64,000 bases of DNA from an uncultured Planctomycetota bacterium. Lineage in GTDB: Bacteria > Planctomycetota > Planctomycetia > Gemmatales > Gemmataceae. Positions 1 through 10,218 of this stretch are shown piece after piece. The notes beneath the pieces are model-generated. The model saw nothing but the letters and a program-made list of their open reading frames with translations. It was not told the origin of the DNA and ran no database searches. The position numbers and the translations under genes were made by a program. The number at the start of each line of letters is the position of its first letter. Positions within the stretch are counted from its first letter, which is position 1. Location: contig CAWKHF010000001.1 of the NCBI GenBank assembly GCA_963849325.1, positions 256,001 through 320,000 on the forward strand, written 5' to 3'.

Positions 1-409
1 GGTCATCGACGCAGCCGGCGACGTGCGGGAAGACACTACTGACCCAGCGACCGCACCGGCCATGCTGCTGGAAGGCGAACGGACTCTTCATCACGTGGCC
101 GGGCGTGGACGTGACCGCCTCGAACTGCGTACCGGGGTCGAACTTTTGGCCGTGGCGTTTGCTCAGCTCCGGCTTGTAATCGAAGGTGTCACACTGGCTC
201 GCTCCACCGTTCATGAATAGCTGGATGACGCGCTTCACCTTCGCCCGGTGATGCATCCCACCGTTGAGATCCTTGCGGGAAGCCGGGGCGCCGGCGAGCA
301 GACCATCGTGACCCAGCAAGTGCGCCAGGGCGATGCCGCCGAGACCGCCGCCCAGACGCCAGAGCAGATCGCGGCGCGACCACACGGGGCGAAAACGGTC
401 GATGGCCAT
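1..409 (-). CDS. DUF1501 family protein (N-terminal part, runs off the window)
   Basis: Manual translation from ATG at 409: MAIDRFRPVWSRRDLLWRLGGGLGGIALAHLL...HHRAKVKRVIQLFMNGGASQCDTFDYKP. The Tat-like SRRDLL and the FMxGGxSQxDTFDYKP motif are typical of DUF1501. Confidence 0.9.
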   Translation of the reverse strand, partial: MAIDRFRPVWSRRDLLWRLGGGLGGIALAHLLGHDGLLAGAPASRKDLNGGMHHRAKVKRVIQLFMNGGASQCDTFDYKPELSKRHGQKFDPGTQFEAVTSTPGHVMKSPFAFQQHGRCGRWVSSVFPHVAGCVDD

Positions 410-789
410 TGCACGGCTCCCGGGGGCGAGGATGTCTCCATCTTTCCACAGGTGGGCGGGTGTTGTCGAGCGCTTTCCGGGATGAAAGCGGCGCTTGGCC
501 AGGAACTTCGCCATGCGTCACACCGGCAAAGGGTAAACGTGTTCCTGCTTCAATGCTTCGACGGCGCAGTGCAGGGCCGCCTGGATGCGAACTACCGAAA
601 TGCCTCCTCGAACACGCTGGCCCTCTCTGGAATCACCAGCAAGCAGTAGTAGGAGATAACGTCTGTTCAAGCAGGTTCCCTTTTCGATCCACCGAATGAG
701 CTTGACATTGCGGATGAGTACATAGATTTTGTATACTCGTAAAGATAATTTGGTTCGGGTGGACACCGAGAGATCGAGGAAGACTAACT

Positions 790-909
790 ATGGCAGATAG
801 TCCAAAATCGAGTCCTCCACCCCCACCACCTCCCAAGCCTGATCCCAAACGAACCGCAACACCGCGTGAAGTGCGGGAAGGGAAAAAGGGCGGGAACCGC
901 AAGAAGTGA
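790..909 (+). CDS. 39-aa Pro/Lys-rich micro-protein
   Basis: Below the ORF-track size range. Translates as MADSPKSSPPPPPPPKPDPKRTATPREVREGKKGGNRKK; GAGGA lies just upstream; shares a motif with the next ORF. Confidence 0.55.
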   Translation: MADSPKSSPPPPPPPKPDPKRTATPREVREGKKGGNRKK

Positions 910-919
910 GAAGATTGTC

Positions 920-1054
920 ATGGCGAAAAATCCCAAGCAAAGCCAGTCTGGGAAGCCGGCCTCACCGTCCGGGAAAGGCCCGGCAACAGACCCGAAACAG
1001 ACTGCAAAACCGCGTGAAATTCACCGAAATAGCGACCCCAAAAAGAAAAAGTGA
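920..1054 (+). CDS. 44-aa Pro/Lys-rich micro-protein
   Basis: MAKNPKQSQSGKPASPSGKGPATDPKQTAKPREIHRNSDPKKKK; starts 10 nt after the previous stop; shares DPKxTAxPRE[VI]. Confidence 0.55.
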   Translation: MAKNPKQSQSGKPASPSGKGPATDPKQTAKPREIHRNSDPKKKK

Positions 1055-1099
1055 CAGCTCGACCCACCAACACCAACGAGGGTGATGCGCGACGGTTTG

Positions 1100-1852
1100 C
1101 TACTTGTTGTCTTCCCCCTTGATGATCTCCACCCGGATGGGTACCTTCGGGGGAGGTGATGTCACGTTCCAGATGGGCCAGACGAGCGCGGGGAGGAGGA
1201 GACAGAACAAGGCCCACCAGTAACAGCGGCCAGCACAATCGACCCGCTTGGCCTTAATTGCGTTCACGACATCCAGCCCTTCGCAGCACTGATGCCATAG
1301 TCCCAAGAAGGTGGCCTCGGCCTTGTCGCTGTACGCCTCCGCGTAATTGACCGCCTCGGTGACTGGCGGCGGGCTAGGGTGAGTCCTGGGCCGGCGTGCT
1401 GAGTTGGCGAGCGCGATGGCCGCGAGAGCGCATCCGAGGGAAGGTAAGAGAAGGATGGGCAGCCAGGCACTGTAGTGGTTCACGGTCGCTAGTGCGGCCA
1501 CGGTGACGACTGCGGTGCCGCCGCCCAAGTATTTGATGATGGCATCCGCTTTCTCGTCGAGGTAGCGGAAGGTCTGATCCAGTCGTTGATAGCTTTCCTT
1601 GGCGTATTCGATGGCCCACTTGTAGTCACAACCGTCTTTGGGTTCAAAGTTCTGCTTGAACGTCTCCGCATCCATGTAAGATGGATGGTTCTGGTAGTCA
1701 ATGGCCTGGTCGCGCCGCGCTGCCACACGCGAGGGACGTTTTCCTGAATCCATCGCCTCCACTCCTCCGCGTTCTTGCGTAGCGCCTGGATCAGTGCTTC
1801 GGTGGAACCCCGTCGTTGGGTGCTCATGTCCGGCCTCGCTCTGAGTGTTCAT
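1100..1852 (-). CDS. Membrane protein with about 3 TM helices, architecture resembling Pycsar-effector-like (PycTM/DUF5706) proteins; start uncertain
   Basis: LDEKADAII followed by two hydrophobic segments, then NAIKAKRV followed by a third TM (YWWALFCLLLPALVWPIW). Confidence 0.55.
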   Translation of the reverse strand: MNTQSEAGHEHPTTGFHRSTDPGATQERGGVEAMDSGKRPSRVAARRDQAIDYQNHPSYMDAETFKQNFEPKDGCDYKWAIEYAKESYQRLDQTFRYLDEKADAIIKYLGGGTAVVTVAALATVNHYSAWLPILLLPSLGCALAAIALANSARRPRTHPSPPPVTEAVNYAEAYSDKAEATFLGLWHQCCEGLDVVNAIKAKRVDCAGRCYWWALFCLLLPALVWPIWNVTSPPPKVPIRVEIIKGEDNK

Positions 1853-2078
1853 GAGGTTAGTTGATGCAATTATACCGAGAGGATCATCGTGGCGGTGACG
1901 GGTCCAGTCGCTAAGGCTCGCCGGATCGACGAACCGATGTCGCTCCCTCGTATCTCAGGGCGTTCCGCTCAGGGGCGTCCAGGCGCCAAGCCAGACGCTC
2001 GACGGCCGGCCCTGTCTGTGCTAGCCTCCCAAGCGGCGGATCCGCCATGCGCGACAGATGATTCCGGAGGGCCATGCC

Positions 2079-2378
2079 ATGTCGATCATCATTGGGGGCT
2101 TCGTCAAGAACGGCGTCGTCGTGCCCGATTCGCCGTTGCCGGAAGGGGCACAAGTCGAAATTCAGCTAAAAACGGCTCGGCCGGAGGCCCTGCCAGACGC
2201 TGCGGTTCGCGTCTCGCCGAGCGAACTGCGGAAGATGCCGCGTGAGCAGCGGCAAACCATCCTGTCGGCCGCGGCGGAAATGGCGGAGCCGGACTACCGC
2301 TCGGACAGGGAACTGACCGGCTTCGATGCCTTCAGCGAGGAAGAACGAAATGACGACGACGAATCCGACCCTCGTTAG
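2079..2378 (+). CDS. Putative antitoxin (AbrB/DUF104-like N-terminus)
   Basis: N-terminal GFVKNGVVVPDSPLPEGAQVEI and an acidic tail; overlaps the start of a MazF-like ORF; GGAGG upstream. Confidence 0.6.
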   Translation: MSIIIGGFVKNGVVVPDSPLPEGAQVEIQLKTARPEALPDAAVRVSPSELRKMPREQRQTILSAAAEMAEPDYRSDRELTGFDAFSEEERNDDDESDPR

Positions 2379-2547
2379 GGGCGAGGTCTGGCGGATCCGG
2401 TTCGATCCGGCCGAGGGCGATGAAATCAAGAAGGTTCGGACAGCCGTCGTCAGCGAAAATGCCATCGAACGTGTCAGTGCGCTTCCACATGCCGCGGAGA
2501 GCCGGAGCGAGGCATCGCGGACGTCGGCGGCACGGCGACGAGGTTGA
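2350..2547 (+). pseudogene. Truncated PemK/MazF-family toxin
   Basis: RGEVWRIRFDPAEGDEIKKVRTAVVS matches the MazF N-terminus; similarity stops near 2470, where the convergent methyltransferase ends. Confidence 0.7.
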
Positions 2548-3375
2548 CGAAGGCGCCCGCGTCCAACCCATCAAGGTCGCCGACCTTCACGCGCGGTCCC
2601 CAGGCCATCTTGCGCCGGGCAGCGGATGGATGGTGTAGCCGTGGCCGACCAACTCGGCGAACAGTTCGGCCGGGCTGGTCTCCATCTTCGCCAGCCACGC
2701 CGGACACACCTCGAAGATGATTAGCGGCAGAAAGCGTTCGATCGTCCGCCGCGCTCCGCGCAGCACGCGCACCTCGGCCCCCTCGACGTCGATCTTCATC
2801 AGGTCGATGCGCGGCACGGGATGGTCGTCGAGATAGTCGTCCAGCCGGACCAGGCGCACCTCGAAGCGACGGTCGCCACGCGAGGCCAACGACCAGTTGC
2901 CGCCCTCGGCGCAGGCGGTGCCGGTCAGCGTCGCCGGCGACTCGGCCAGGCCGAAGCTCTCGGCGATCACGTGACGCAGCCGATTCTGCGCGAGGTTGTG
3001 GACGAGGAGACGGTGGTTGGCCGGGTGCGGCTCGAAAGCGACGACGGCCCCGCCGTCGGCCAGGTGGCGGGCGACGGCCAGCGTGTGCAGACCGACGTTG
3101 GCGCCGACATCGACGAATACGCCGTCGCCCGGCAGGACGGCGCGGGCGAGCTGGAGGATCTGGGCATCGTCGCGGCTTAGACCGGCCCAGTAGATGTGCT
3201 GGTGCATTTCGATGCCGAGGTCGAGCGTCAGGCGGCCGACGCCCGGCAACTCGAACGTGGTCGATTCGGCGGCGAACAGCCGGCTGAGACGCGAGGCGAT
3301 TCGCCAACGCCCTCGGATCGGCAGCCAACGCACGCAGCGCGCGAGGGGAGTACGGAGAATGCGCGGTATGGGCAC
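2474..3375 (-). CDS. FkbM family methyltransferase (probable frameshift near 2590)
   Basis: VFVDVGANVG, AFEPHP and MKIDVEGAE motifs; the C-terminus appears to continue in the frame ending at 2474 (...GAFVNLVAVP). Confidence 0.88.
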
Positions 3376-3571
3376 GATATGGCCTCCTGCCTGTTCGGAT
3401 TCGCCGTCCCTGGCGAAACCCCGACGATGAGCGTCCGGCGGCAGTCCGCCGGGTTCCGGGGCGAGATAGATGATCGGGCGGGTGCTAATCTATCCCCGGT
3501 GCTTTGCGTATGTCAATTGCAAGGTTTTTCCCTGCTCCGGATGTATTTTTTACAATGCGGAGCGATCGGCG

Positions 3572-5964
3572 TCAGGGTACAAAGAGGAATTCGTTGCTGT
3601 TGAGGATCAGCCGACAGACGTTGGCCATGCCGTGTTTTCTCGCGTACGCACGGAGACGAGCGGTCTCTTCCGGGCCAGGCGGTCGGCCCAGCGCCAGCAG
3701 GTAGGCGGTTTCGATTTGCTTGCCGAGGTCAGCGCCGGCCCGAGCGACCCGCGCGGCGAAGTGTTCGCACTGGCGGACCATGAAACGGTCGTTGAGCATC
3801 GCCAATGCCTGCAACGCCGTCACCGAGCTGCTGCGCACCGGCGTGAACTGCGAGGCGTCGGGGCAGTCGAGCGTATCCATGAACGGATCGGGCAGCGTGC
3901 GGAACAGGAAGCGGTAGACGCTGCGGCGATAACTGCCGGGACTGTCCACGTCGAACGCCTGATAATCCACCTTCGGCGTCCGGTGGATGCCCGGACCCTG
4001 GACGAACTGCTTGATCGACGGCCCACCCATGCGTCGATCGAGCTTGCCGGTCGCGCACAGGACCGCGTCGCGCACGCTCTCGGCATCGAGCCGGCCGCGA
4101 TTCATGCGTCCCAGGAAATGATTGTCGGCGTCGAGGCGAGCGCCGTCGGGACGGTGCCGCGACGACTGCCGGTAAACGGCGCTGGTCACGATCAGGCGAT
4201 GCAGCTGCTTGAGCGAGCCGCCCTGGTCGCGGAAGTGGACCGCCAACCAGTCGAGCAGCTCGGGATGCGTCGGCGCTGCCCCCATTCGGCCGAAATCGTT
4301 CGGCGTCGCCACGATGCCGCGGCCGAAGTGATGGTGCCAGATGCGATTGACGATGGAGCGCCAGGTCAGGACGTTGTGGGGATCGCTCAGCCAGCGGGCG
4401 AGGGCGGCGCGACGGGCGCCATCGTCGTCGGGGTTGGCCAAACGGAAGTGTACTTCGAGTCCGGGCAGACACGACAGGGCGCCCGGCCCGAACGCGCTCA
4501 CCGGGGTTCTTGATGTCGCCGCGGCGCAGGACGTGAACGGGGCGACAGCCGTTGGCCGGCTTGAAACTGCCCTGCGGCTTGAAGTCGCTGGTTCCCGAAT
4601 ACACGAACTGCTGGGGCGGCAGCGCCGCCAGCTCCGTCCCGACAACGCCTCGCAGCGCCATCCCAACCGGCCCGGCCAGGGACAGGGGAACCAGTTCCAC
4701 CTCGCGCTGCCGCAGCGCCCGGCGTCTGCGCGCGACGTGCGGGTCGGCATCGTAGGGCCGGTCGGCGCGATCGACGCCGGCAAAGACGGCCTGCAAGCGG
4801 TAGTAATCGCGCTGCGGGATCGGGTCGAACTTGTGGTTGTGGCAGCGGGCGCAGTGGACGGTCGCGCTGACGAAGGTGGACATGGCTGTTGTAACCATGT
4901 CGTCGCGGTCGAGATATTGGCCGACCTTGCGGTCGAGGGTGTCTTCGCGGATGTCGCGCAGCGAACTCTCGTCCCACGGCCCGGCCGCGATGAAACCGGT
5001 GGCGACGACGGCTTGCGGCTCCGCCGGATAGAGGACGTCGCCGGCGATTTGCTCCTCCACGAATCGCCCATAAGGCTTATCCTCGTTGAAGGCGTGAATG
5101 AGATAATCGCGGTAGGGCCAGGCGTTCTCGCGCGGCACGTCCTGATCGTGGCCGTGCGTCTCGGCGAAATGAATGACGTCCATCCAGTGTCGCGCCCAGC
5201 GTTCGCCGTGGTGCGGGCTGGCCAGCAGGCGATCCACCACCTTCTCGTAAGCGTTCGGCGAAGGATCGGCCAGGAAGGCGTCGATCTCCGCCGGCGACGG
5301 TGGCAGGCCGAGCAAATCGAAGGTGACGCGACGCAGCAGCGTGCGGCGGTCGGCCGGCGGCGACGGCGTTAGTCCCTTCGCCTCCAGATGGGCCAGCACG
5401 AAGGCGTCAATCGGCGTCCGTGGCCAAGCGCGCTGCTGGACCGCCGGCAACGGAGGACTTCGCAAGGGCCGATAGGCCCAGTGCCGCGCGGACGTATCCG
5501 TCGCCTCCTCGGGCCAGACGGCGCCCTGATCGATCCAGGCGCGGAGGATGCCGACTTGCTCGGCGGTCAGCCCCGGTCCCCTGGGCGGCATCTTTCTGTC
5601 CGGCTCGATTCCCGCCACGCGCTGAATCAAGGGACTGTCGCCGCTCTTGCCCGCCCGGATGACACCGCTCCGCAGGGCGTTACTCTTGCGGTCCAGCCGC
5701 AGATCGCCCTTCTGTTTCTTGTCGCCGTGACAGGAGTAACAAGAGGTGGCGAAGATTGGCCGCACGTCGCGCGTGAAATCGATGCGCCGCGCCGAGGGAG
5801 ACGGCAGAGACGGCTCGGCGCCGGCGGAGATCAGGGCGACGGCGAGTCAGCGCCGGCGGTATCCACCGTGCGAACCGCGGAAGAATCGGCGCCGTCCGCA
5901 GAGTCGGCGGAAGGATCGGAGAAAAAGATCCCATGCCGTTTGGCGTATCTTTGTTGGCAGGCAT
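3572..5964 (-). CDS. Planctomycete cytochrome c (PSCyt1) + DUF1549 + DUF1553 protein (frameshifted, start uncertain)
   Basis: CYSCH, HWAYRP, GERWARHWMD and CARCHNHKFDP in ORF 3729..5765; VNRIWHHHFGRGIV, PTHPELLDWLA and NSNEFLF in ORF 3572..5071. Confidence 0.92.
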
Positions 5965-6127
5965 AATGGAATGTCCCTGGCGAGTACACGGGTGCGGGCG
6001 ACAGGCCACGGACCTTACGGTTACGGGATTGCCACCCAAACCGGCATGATGCCGGCGCTCTCCCGACTATCCTAAAGGGCACCGCCAGTGGCCCGCCAGG
6101 GACACTTCTCTACGAGGGTAACGAATC

Positions 6128-6340
6128 ATGACCGAGCGATCAAGTCTCTCTCTGGCCAACACCATCAAGCGAGCCATCACCGACACGGGCAAGAGCGTCA
6201 ATTCGGTCGCCCTGACGTCCGGCGTCTCTCAGGCCGTCGTGCAACGCTTCCTCGCGGGTAAGCGAGGGATTACCCTCGACACAGCGGAGAGGCTGTGTCT
6301 CTACCTGAAACTGGAGCTGCACGCCGCCGCCCGGGATTGA
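6128..6340 (+). CDS. Small XRE/Cro-like HTH regulator
   Basis: 70 aa; SVNSVALTSGVSQAVVQRFLAGKRGITLDTAERLC HTH pattern; GAGG upstream. Confidence 0.75.
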   Translation: MTERSSLSLANTIKRAITDTGKSVNSVALTSGVSQAVVQRFLAGKRGITLDTAERLCLYLKLELHAAARD

Positions 6341-6521
6341 ACGATCGCATTACGGTCTGCTTGTTGGCCTCTCTCGCATCCACACTCGCTTATGCGCCGG
6401 TCTCCTCCCCTCTCTCCTGCTTCGGGGAAAGGGAAGCAAGACGGACGACTCCCTAAAGCGATGCACGCGCCTGAATATTACATTTTTTTAACTTTGTTCT
6501 TGCGTCTGGGTCCACGGACTG

Positions 6522-6885
6522 CAGGGCTGTTCAATTATTCAAGCTGCGGCAAGCCGAGAAGTGTCAGGGCTTTGTTGAAGCAATTGCTCATGGTCCGCAA
6601 AGCGGCGACCAAGCTGTCACTCGTGTTATCGAGCAGATGGACGATCGAACTGGGCAATGGCCTGACAGGGCTTACAGCCGGTGAGCATGGCGAGAACGGC
6701 CAAGCCGAGAATGGCGGAGAGGGGGTGACGGATGCCCCGGCAGTGTCGGGGGGCGGGAATGTCCGCCAGGACAATCGAGCAGGGAAAGGGGAGAAGACAT
6801 GGTAAAGCCTCCAGCTTCGGTTCGGGCTTCTCCGCTTTACCGGCGTGCTGGGGTTCCCGCTAAGATCAACTATTGAACGGGCCTG
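6522..6885 (-). mobile_element. Internally deleted ISAs1-family insertion sequence (364 bp)
   Basis: Imperfect terminal inverted repeats: CAGGGCTGTTCAAT at 6522 and ATTGAACGGGCCTG ending at 6885. The minus strand from ATG 6800 (GGAGG RBS, one frameshift) gives VLADIPAPRHCRGIRHPLSAILGLAVLAMLTGC..AIAQF, the ISAs1 N-terminal pattern. It is joined to a short C-terminal tail (SLVAALRT..KALTLLGLPQLE). No DDE core; no clear target-site duplication. Confidence 0.8.
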
Positions 6886-6977
6886 GCGGGCGAGGGGAAG
6901 GATGAACAATCAACCTTGACAGGAAGCGACCCGTTACTTATAGTCCGCAGTGACGACAGCCCGGCAGAAAGGCGAAG

Positions 6978-7412
6978 GTGGGGACGGTGGGACAGCCGAA
7001 AGGAAGATACGAGACTGACGCTGGAACGTCCCGCCGGATGGCCGCAGTACGCCCGCTCGACACAACGCCAGAGATGATCGTCCGGCGGGTTCTTCGGAGG
7101 CTCGGCTATAGGTATCGGTTGCACCGTTACGACCTACCGGGGCGACCGGACATAGTGCTTGCCTCGCGCCGCAAGGCGATTTTTGTACATGGCTGCTTTT
7201 GGCATCGGCACTCCGGCTGCCATCGGACCACGACGCCGAGGCGCAACGAACGTCTCTGGCAGGAGAAGTTCGAGCGGACGCTAGAGCGGGATCAACAGAA
7301 ACGGCGACTGTTGGAGGAAGCTGGGTGGAAAGTCCTGGTCGTATGGGAGTGTGAAACCGCCGACGAAGATTGCCTGGCCGAAGTCATTCAACGGTTCGTG
7401 ACCTCGAAGTGA
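6978..7412 (+). CDS. vsr: Very short patch repair endonuclease
   Basis: RMAAVRPLDTTPE, LPGRPDIV, IFVHGCFWHRH and GWKVLVVWECE motifs; directly upstream of a C5 methyltransferase. Confidence 0.93.
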   Translation: MGTVGQPKGRYETDAGTSRRMAAVRPLDTTPEMIVRRVLRRLGYRYRLHRYDLPGRPDIVLASRRKAIFVHGCFWHRHSGCHRTTTPRRNERLWQEKFERTLERDQQKRRLLEEAGWKVLVVWECETADEDCLAEVIQRFVTSK

Positions 7413-7419
7413 GGAAGTC

Positions 7420-9015
7420 TTGACCACGGCGCTGAACACGAAACTGCCCCTGAAGGGAGTCAGCCTATTTTCCGGCGCTGGGATCGGTGACTTGGGGTTT
7501 CGTGCTGCCGGGGTCCAGTTCCTAGCGATGTGCGAGCTAGAAGAAGATAGATCGGCGCTCGCCAAACTGAATTACCCCGAAGCACAGTGTTTCGCAAAGG
7601 GGATCGAGGAAGCGGCAGACGGGCTTTGTAGCTACGTCACCGGCGAGCTTGCGACGGCACGAGAAGACTTGTTCGTACTGTCGTGTACCGCCCCGTGCCA
7701 AGGCATGTCGAAGAATGGTCAAGGTACGCTCCTCAACCTCGTCCGAAGGGGCATGCGACCCAAATTCGATCCGAGGAACAGGCTCATTCTCCCGGCGCTG
7801 AAGATCGTCCAACGCCTGCGGCCCGTGTGGCTAGTCTTTGAGAATGTCATCGAGATGCGGAACACAGTCATCGAAGACGAGGCGCAAGAAGTACGACCGA
7901 TCCTAGACATTATCCGGGACTCCCTCGCTCCGCATGGCTACGTCGGGGCCGCCTATGACGTGGAGTTCGCAGACTACGGCATCCCGCAGCGCCGCCAGCG
8001 CCTCATAACCGTCTATACTCGTGACCCAGAGGCCGTTCAGCGCTTCAGGGCCGGCGTGTCTCTAATCCCGTCTCCGACCCACGCAAAGTATCCAAAAGGG
8101 AAGTTGTGCCAATGGGTTTCGGTTGACGAAGCCCTTGCTGACTTCCCTCCGCTCGATGGCCAATCTGAACGGACGGCAGCTTGCGATAGCATCGCATTTC
8201 ACTATGTCCCGGTACTGGATCCGAAAAAATACGAATGGATCAGGCACACGCCGCCCGGACGTTCTGCGTTCGACAACCAATGCGTCAATCCAAAATGCGG
8301 CTACCAGGACAATCCCGTTCACGGCGCTAGTCACGGAACCGATGGGATCAATAGGGCGCACAAGGACACGCCGCTATTCTGTGAGCGATGCGGGAATATC
8401 CTACCTCGTCCATACACCGAAGAAGACGGCAGCAAGCGCATCATGTCGGGGTACACAAGTGCCTATAAGCGTATGGACGGATCGTTGCCTGCCCCTGCGC
8501 TAACAAGAAACCTCAGTTATCCGTGTAGCGACCAGAAAATACATCCGACTCAGAACCGTGTGCTGTCACTGGCGGAAGCGATGCGACTTCAGACAATTGA
8601 CCGCTACTCCTATCGGTGGGGGCCGGTCTTCGTGAATAAGGGGAGGCGCACCGTCACGAAGAGCCTCGCCCCGGACAGTCTTATCCGACTGGTCATCGGC
8701 GAAAGCGTGCCGCCCCGTTTTCTTGAATTGCTCGGACCCTACCTTCGAGACTTCACAAACACAGAGCCTCCCGACACGCAACCACACCCCGTTCGCCCCT
8801 TCGCCCATTTCGGTTCAACGGATGCTTTGGGATTAAACGTCCGAGCGTGCGCTATGAGGTTGCGAGCGAGGCGTTCCAGGCAGAACAGACCTGGGCTATT
8901 GCCGTGTCAAGAATGCAGAACAGCTTGCGCTGGCAAAGGACGCTTCGGAGACTATGAGCCTTCGGCAACAATACCCATCCTTCGCCCATTCGCTTCACGC
9001 CGGTTTTCTTCATGA
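7420..9015 (+). CDS. DNA (cytosine-5)-methyltransferase; true stop probably near 8800
   Basis: Motif I LFSGAGIG, catalytic APCQG, ENV, PQRRQR, RVLSLAEAMRLQ and IGESVPP. The ORF overlaps the convergent gene by 164 nt, which suggests the tail is an artefact. Confidence 0.93.
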   Translation: MTTALNTKLPLKGVSLFSGAGIGDLGFRAAGVQFLAMCELEEDRSALAKLNYPEAQCFAKGIEEAADGLCSYVTGELATAREDLFVLSCTAPCQGMSKNGQGTLLNLVRRGMRPKFDPRNRLILPALKIVQRLRPVWLVFENVIEMRNTVIEDEAQEVRPILDIIRDSLAPHGYVGAAYDVEFADYGIPQRRQRLITVYTRDPEAVQRFRAGVSLIPSPTHAKYPKGKLCQWVSVDEALADFPPLDGQSERTAACDSIAFHYVPVLDPKKYEWIRHTPPGRSAFDNQCVNPKCGYQDNPVHGASHGTDGINRAHKDTPLFCERCGNILPRPYTEEDGSKRIMSGYTSAYKRMDGSLPAPALTRNLSYPCSDQKIHPTQNRVLSLAEAMRLQTIDRYSYRWGPVFVNKGRRTVTKSLAPDSLIRLVIGESVPPRFLELLGPYLRDFTNTEPPDTQPHPVRPFAHFGSTDALGLNVRACAMRLRARRSRQNRPGLLPCQECRTACAGKGRFGDYEPSATIPILRPFASRRFSS

Positions 9016-9937
9016 TGGAAACGCTTGTCGTGCGACCGCCGCCCTCGGTGGGTTGAATTACCTTGCCCCAATCTTCCATGGTCAAGTCGTTACGATAGAA
9101 AGACGCCAGAACGGTTGGCAGTCCGTCCACGAAATCCCAAAAGATGCCAAGAAGGTCGTTCGTGTCCCTATGGTGAGCCTTCCATTCGGCGCTCACGAGA
9201 GTTGGAATACGGGCTTCGCCGATCTTCGGCTTCGCTCGGACTGACGCACTGACCACGTTGCCGCAAGTAGCCTTGACCTCAACACCGCCGTAGGGGTAGG
9301 GACTCCAAAACCGCTTCTCGGACGTTTCCCCACGGCGTTCACGTTCGGCGATGTATTGTTTACCCTCCGGGGTCAGCGCCAATAAGTCGGGGTAGCCGTC
9401 TTGGTTGGGGTTGGGGAACAAGCGGTCTTTTTGCAGCCGGTATAGTTCACTTGCAAAAATCTCACCGACGAAGCTACTCAGATTACGCAGTCCCAGGAGG
9501 GTGAATATGGGGATGTCGTTGCCCGTCGCTAGATCGTCGATTAACTCTATCGCCCGGTTTGCGTTTTGGAGGGTGTCCTGTACCAGTTGCGTTGTCAGAC
9601 TCCACGATACTTTGGGGTCTTTCGTGAACAGCAACGCCGTTTCTGGCCGCTTGTCCGCTTGAAGAAACTCCAATGAGTCCCTCGTCGCCCTTTTGCCCGG
9701 CCCTCTTTTGGCGCTGTACGACTCCAACGCCGCCTGGGAGAGTAGTCGGTCAATGGCGAGACCAGACTCCGCAGTTATGGTTGCTAGTTCACTGAGGGAA
9801 GTTGATCCGGTTATGGACTTCTTTGAGGCCGGCAGGTTTCCGACCTTGAGCGCAGTGGTCAGCGCCTTCAAGAGAATGGCCACAAGGTCCAAAGGCAGTT
9901 CTTCCCCGGCGTCAGCAGTCGTCGGGCGGGTACTCAT
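8852..9937 (-). CDS. Putative type II restriction endonuclease (PD-(D/E)xK)
   Basis: GYPDLL...GVEVKAT catalytic pattern; convergent with the methyltransferase and immediately downstream of a controller gene. Confidence 0.72.
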   Translation of the reverse strand: MSTRPTTADAGEELPLDLVAILLKALTTALKVGNLPASKKSITGSTSLSELATITAESGLAIDRLLSQAALESYSAKRGPGKRATRDSLEFLQADKRPETALLFTKDPKVSWSLTTQLVQDTLQNANRAIELIDDLATGNDIPIFTLLGLRNLSSFVGEIFASELYRLQKDRLFPNPNQDGYPDLLALTPEGKQYIAERERRGETSEKRFWSPYPYGGVEVKATCGNVVSASVRAKPKIGEARIPTLVSAEWKAHHRDTNDLLGIFWDFVDGLPTVLASFYRNDLTMEDWGKVIQPTEGGGRTTSVSIMKKTGVKRMGEGWVLLPKAHSLRSVLCQRKLFCILDTAIAQVCSAWNASLATS

Positions 9938-9970
9938 GGTGATGGAGCGCTCTTGTACCGTCTGGCCGGG

Positions 9971-10180
9971 CTAGACAGCCTTCATCAACTCGGCAATCGA
10001 AATCCCCAGCGCCTTCGCAATTGCCTCGATGTTCCGAAGGGCGACGTTGCGCTTGCCCCGCTCGATGCCACTGATGTAGGTCCGGTCCAGCTTGCACTTA
10101 TCTGCGAACGCCTCTTGCGACAGGCCGAGGGCCGTCCGCTTCTCACGAACCCGCTTTCCGAAACGCTCCAATACGTCCAT
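9971..10180 (-). CDS. Restriction-modification controller (C) protein, XRE HTH
   Basis: [17 protein letters not shown]...[29 protein letters not shown]; precedes the endonuclease gene. Confidence 0.85.
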   Translation of the reverse strand: MDVLERFGKRVREKRTALGLSQEAFADKCKLDRTYISGIERGKRNVALRNIEAIAKALGISIAELMKAV

Positions 10181-10218
10181 AAGCCTGCCCCAAGACCGCC
10201 CACCCTAGCAGCCCATGT

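Noticed and set aside
1100-1852. Complete Pycsar or CBASS defence system
   Set aside because: No cyclase or nucleotidyltransferase gene is adjacent; only the membrane architecture is similar.
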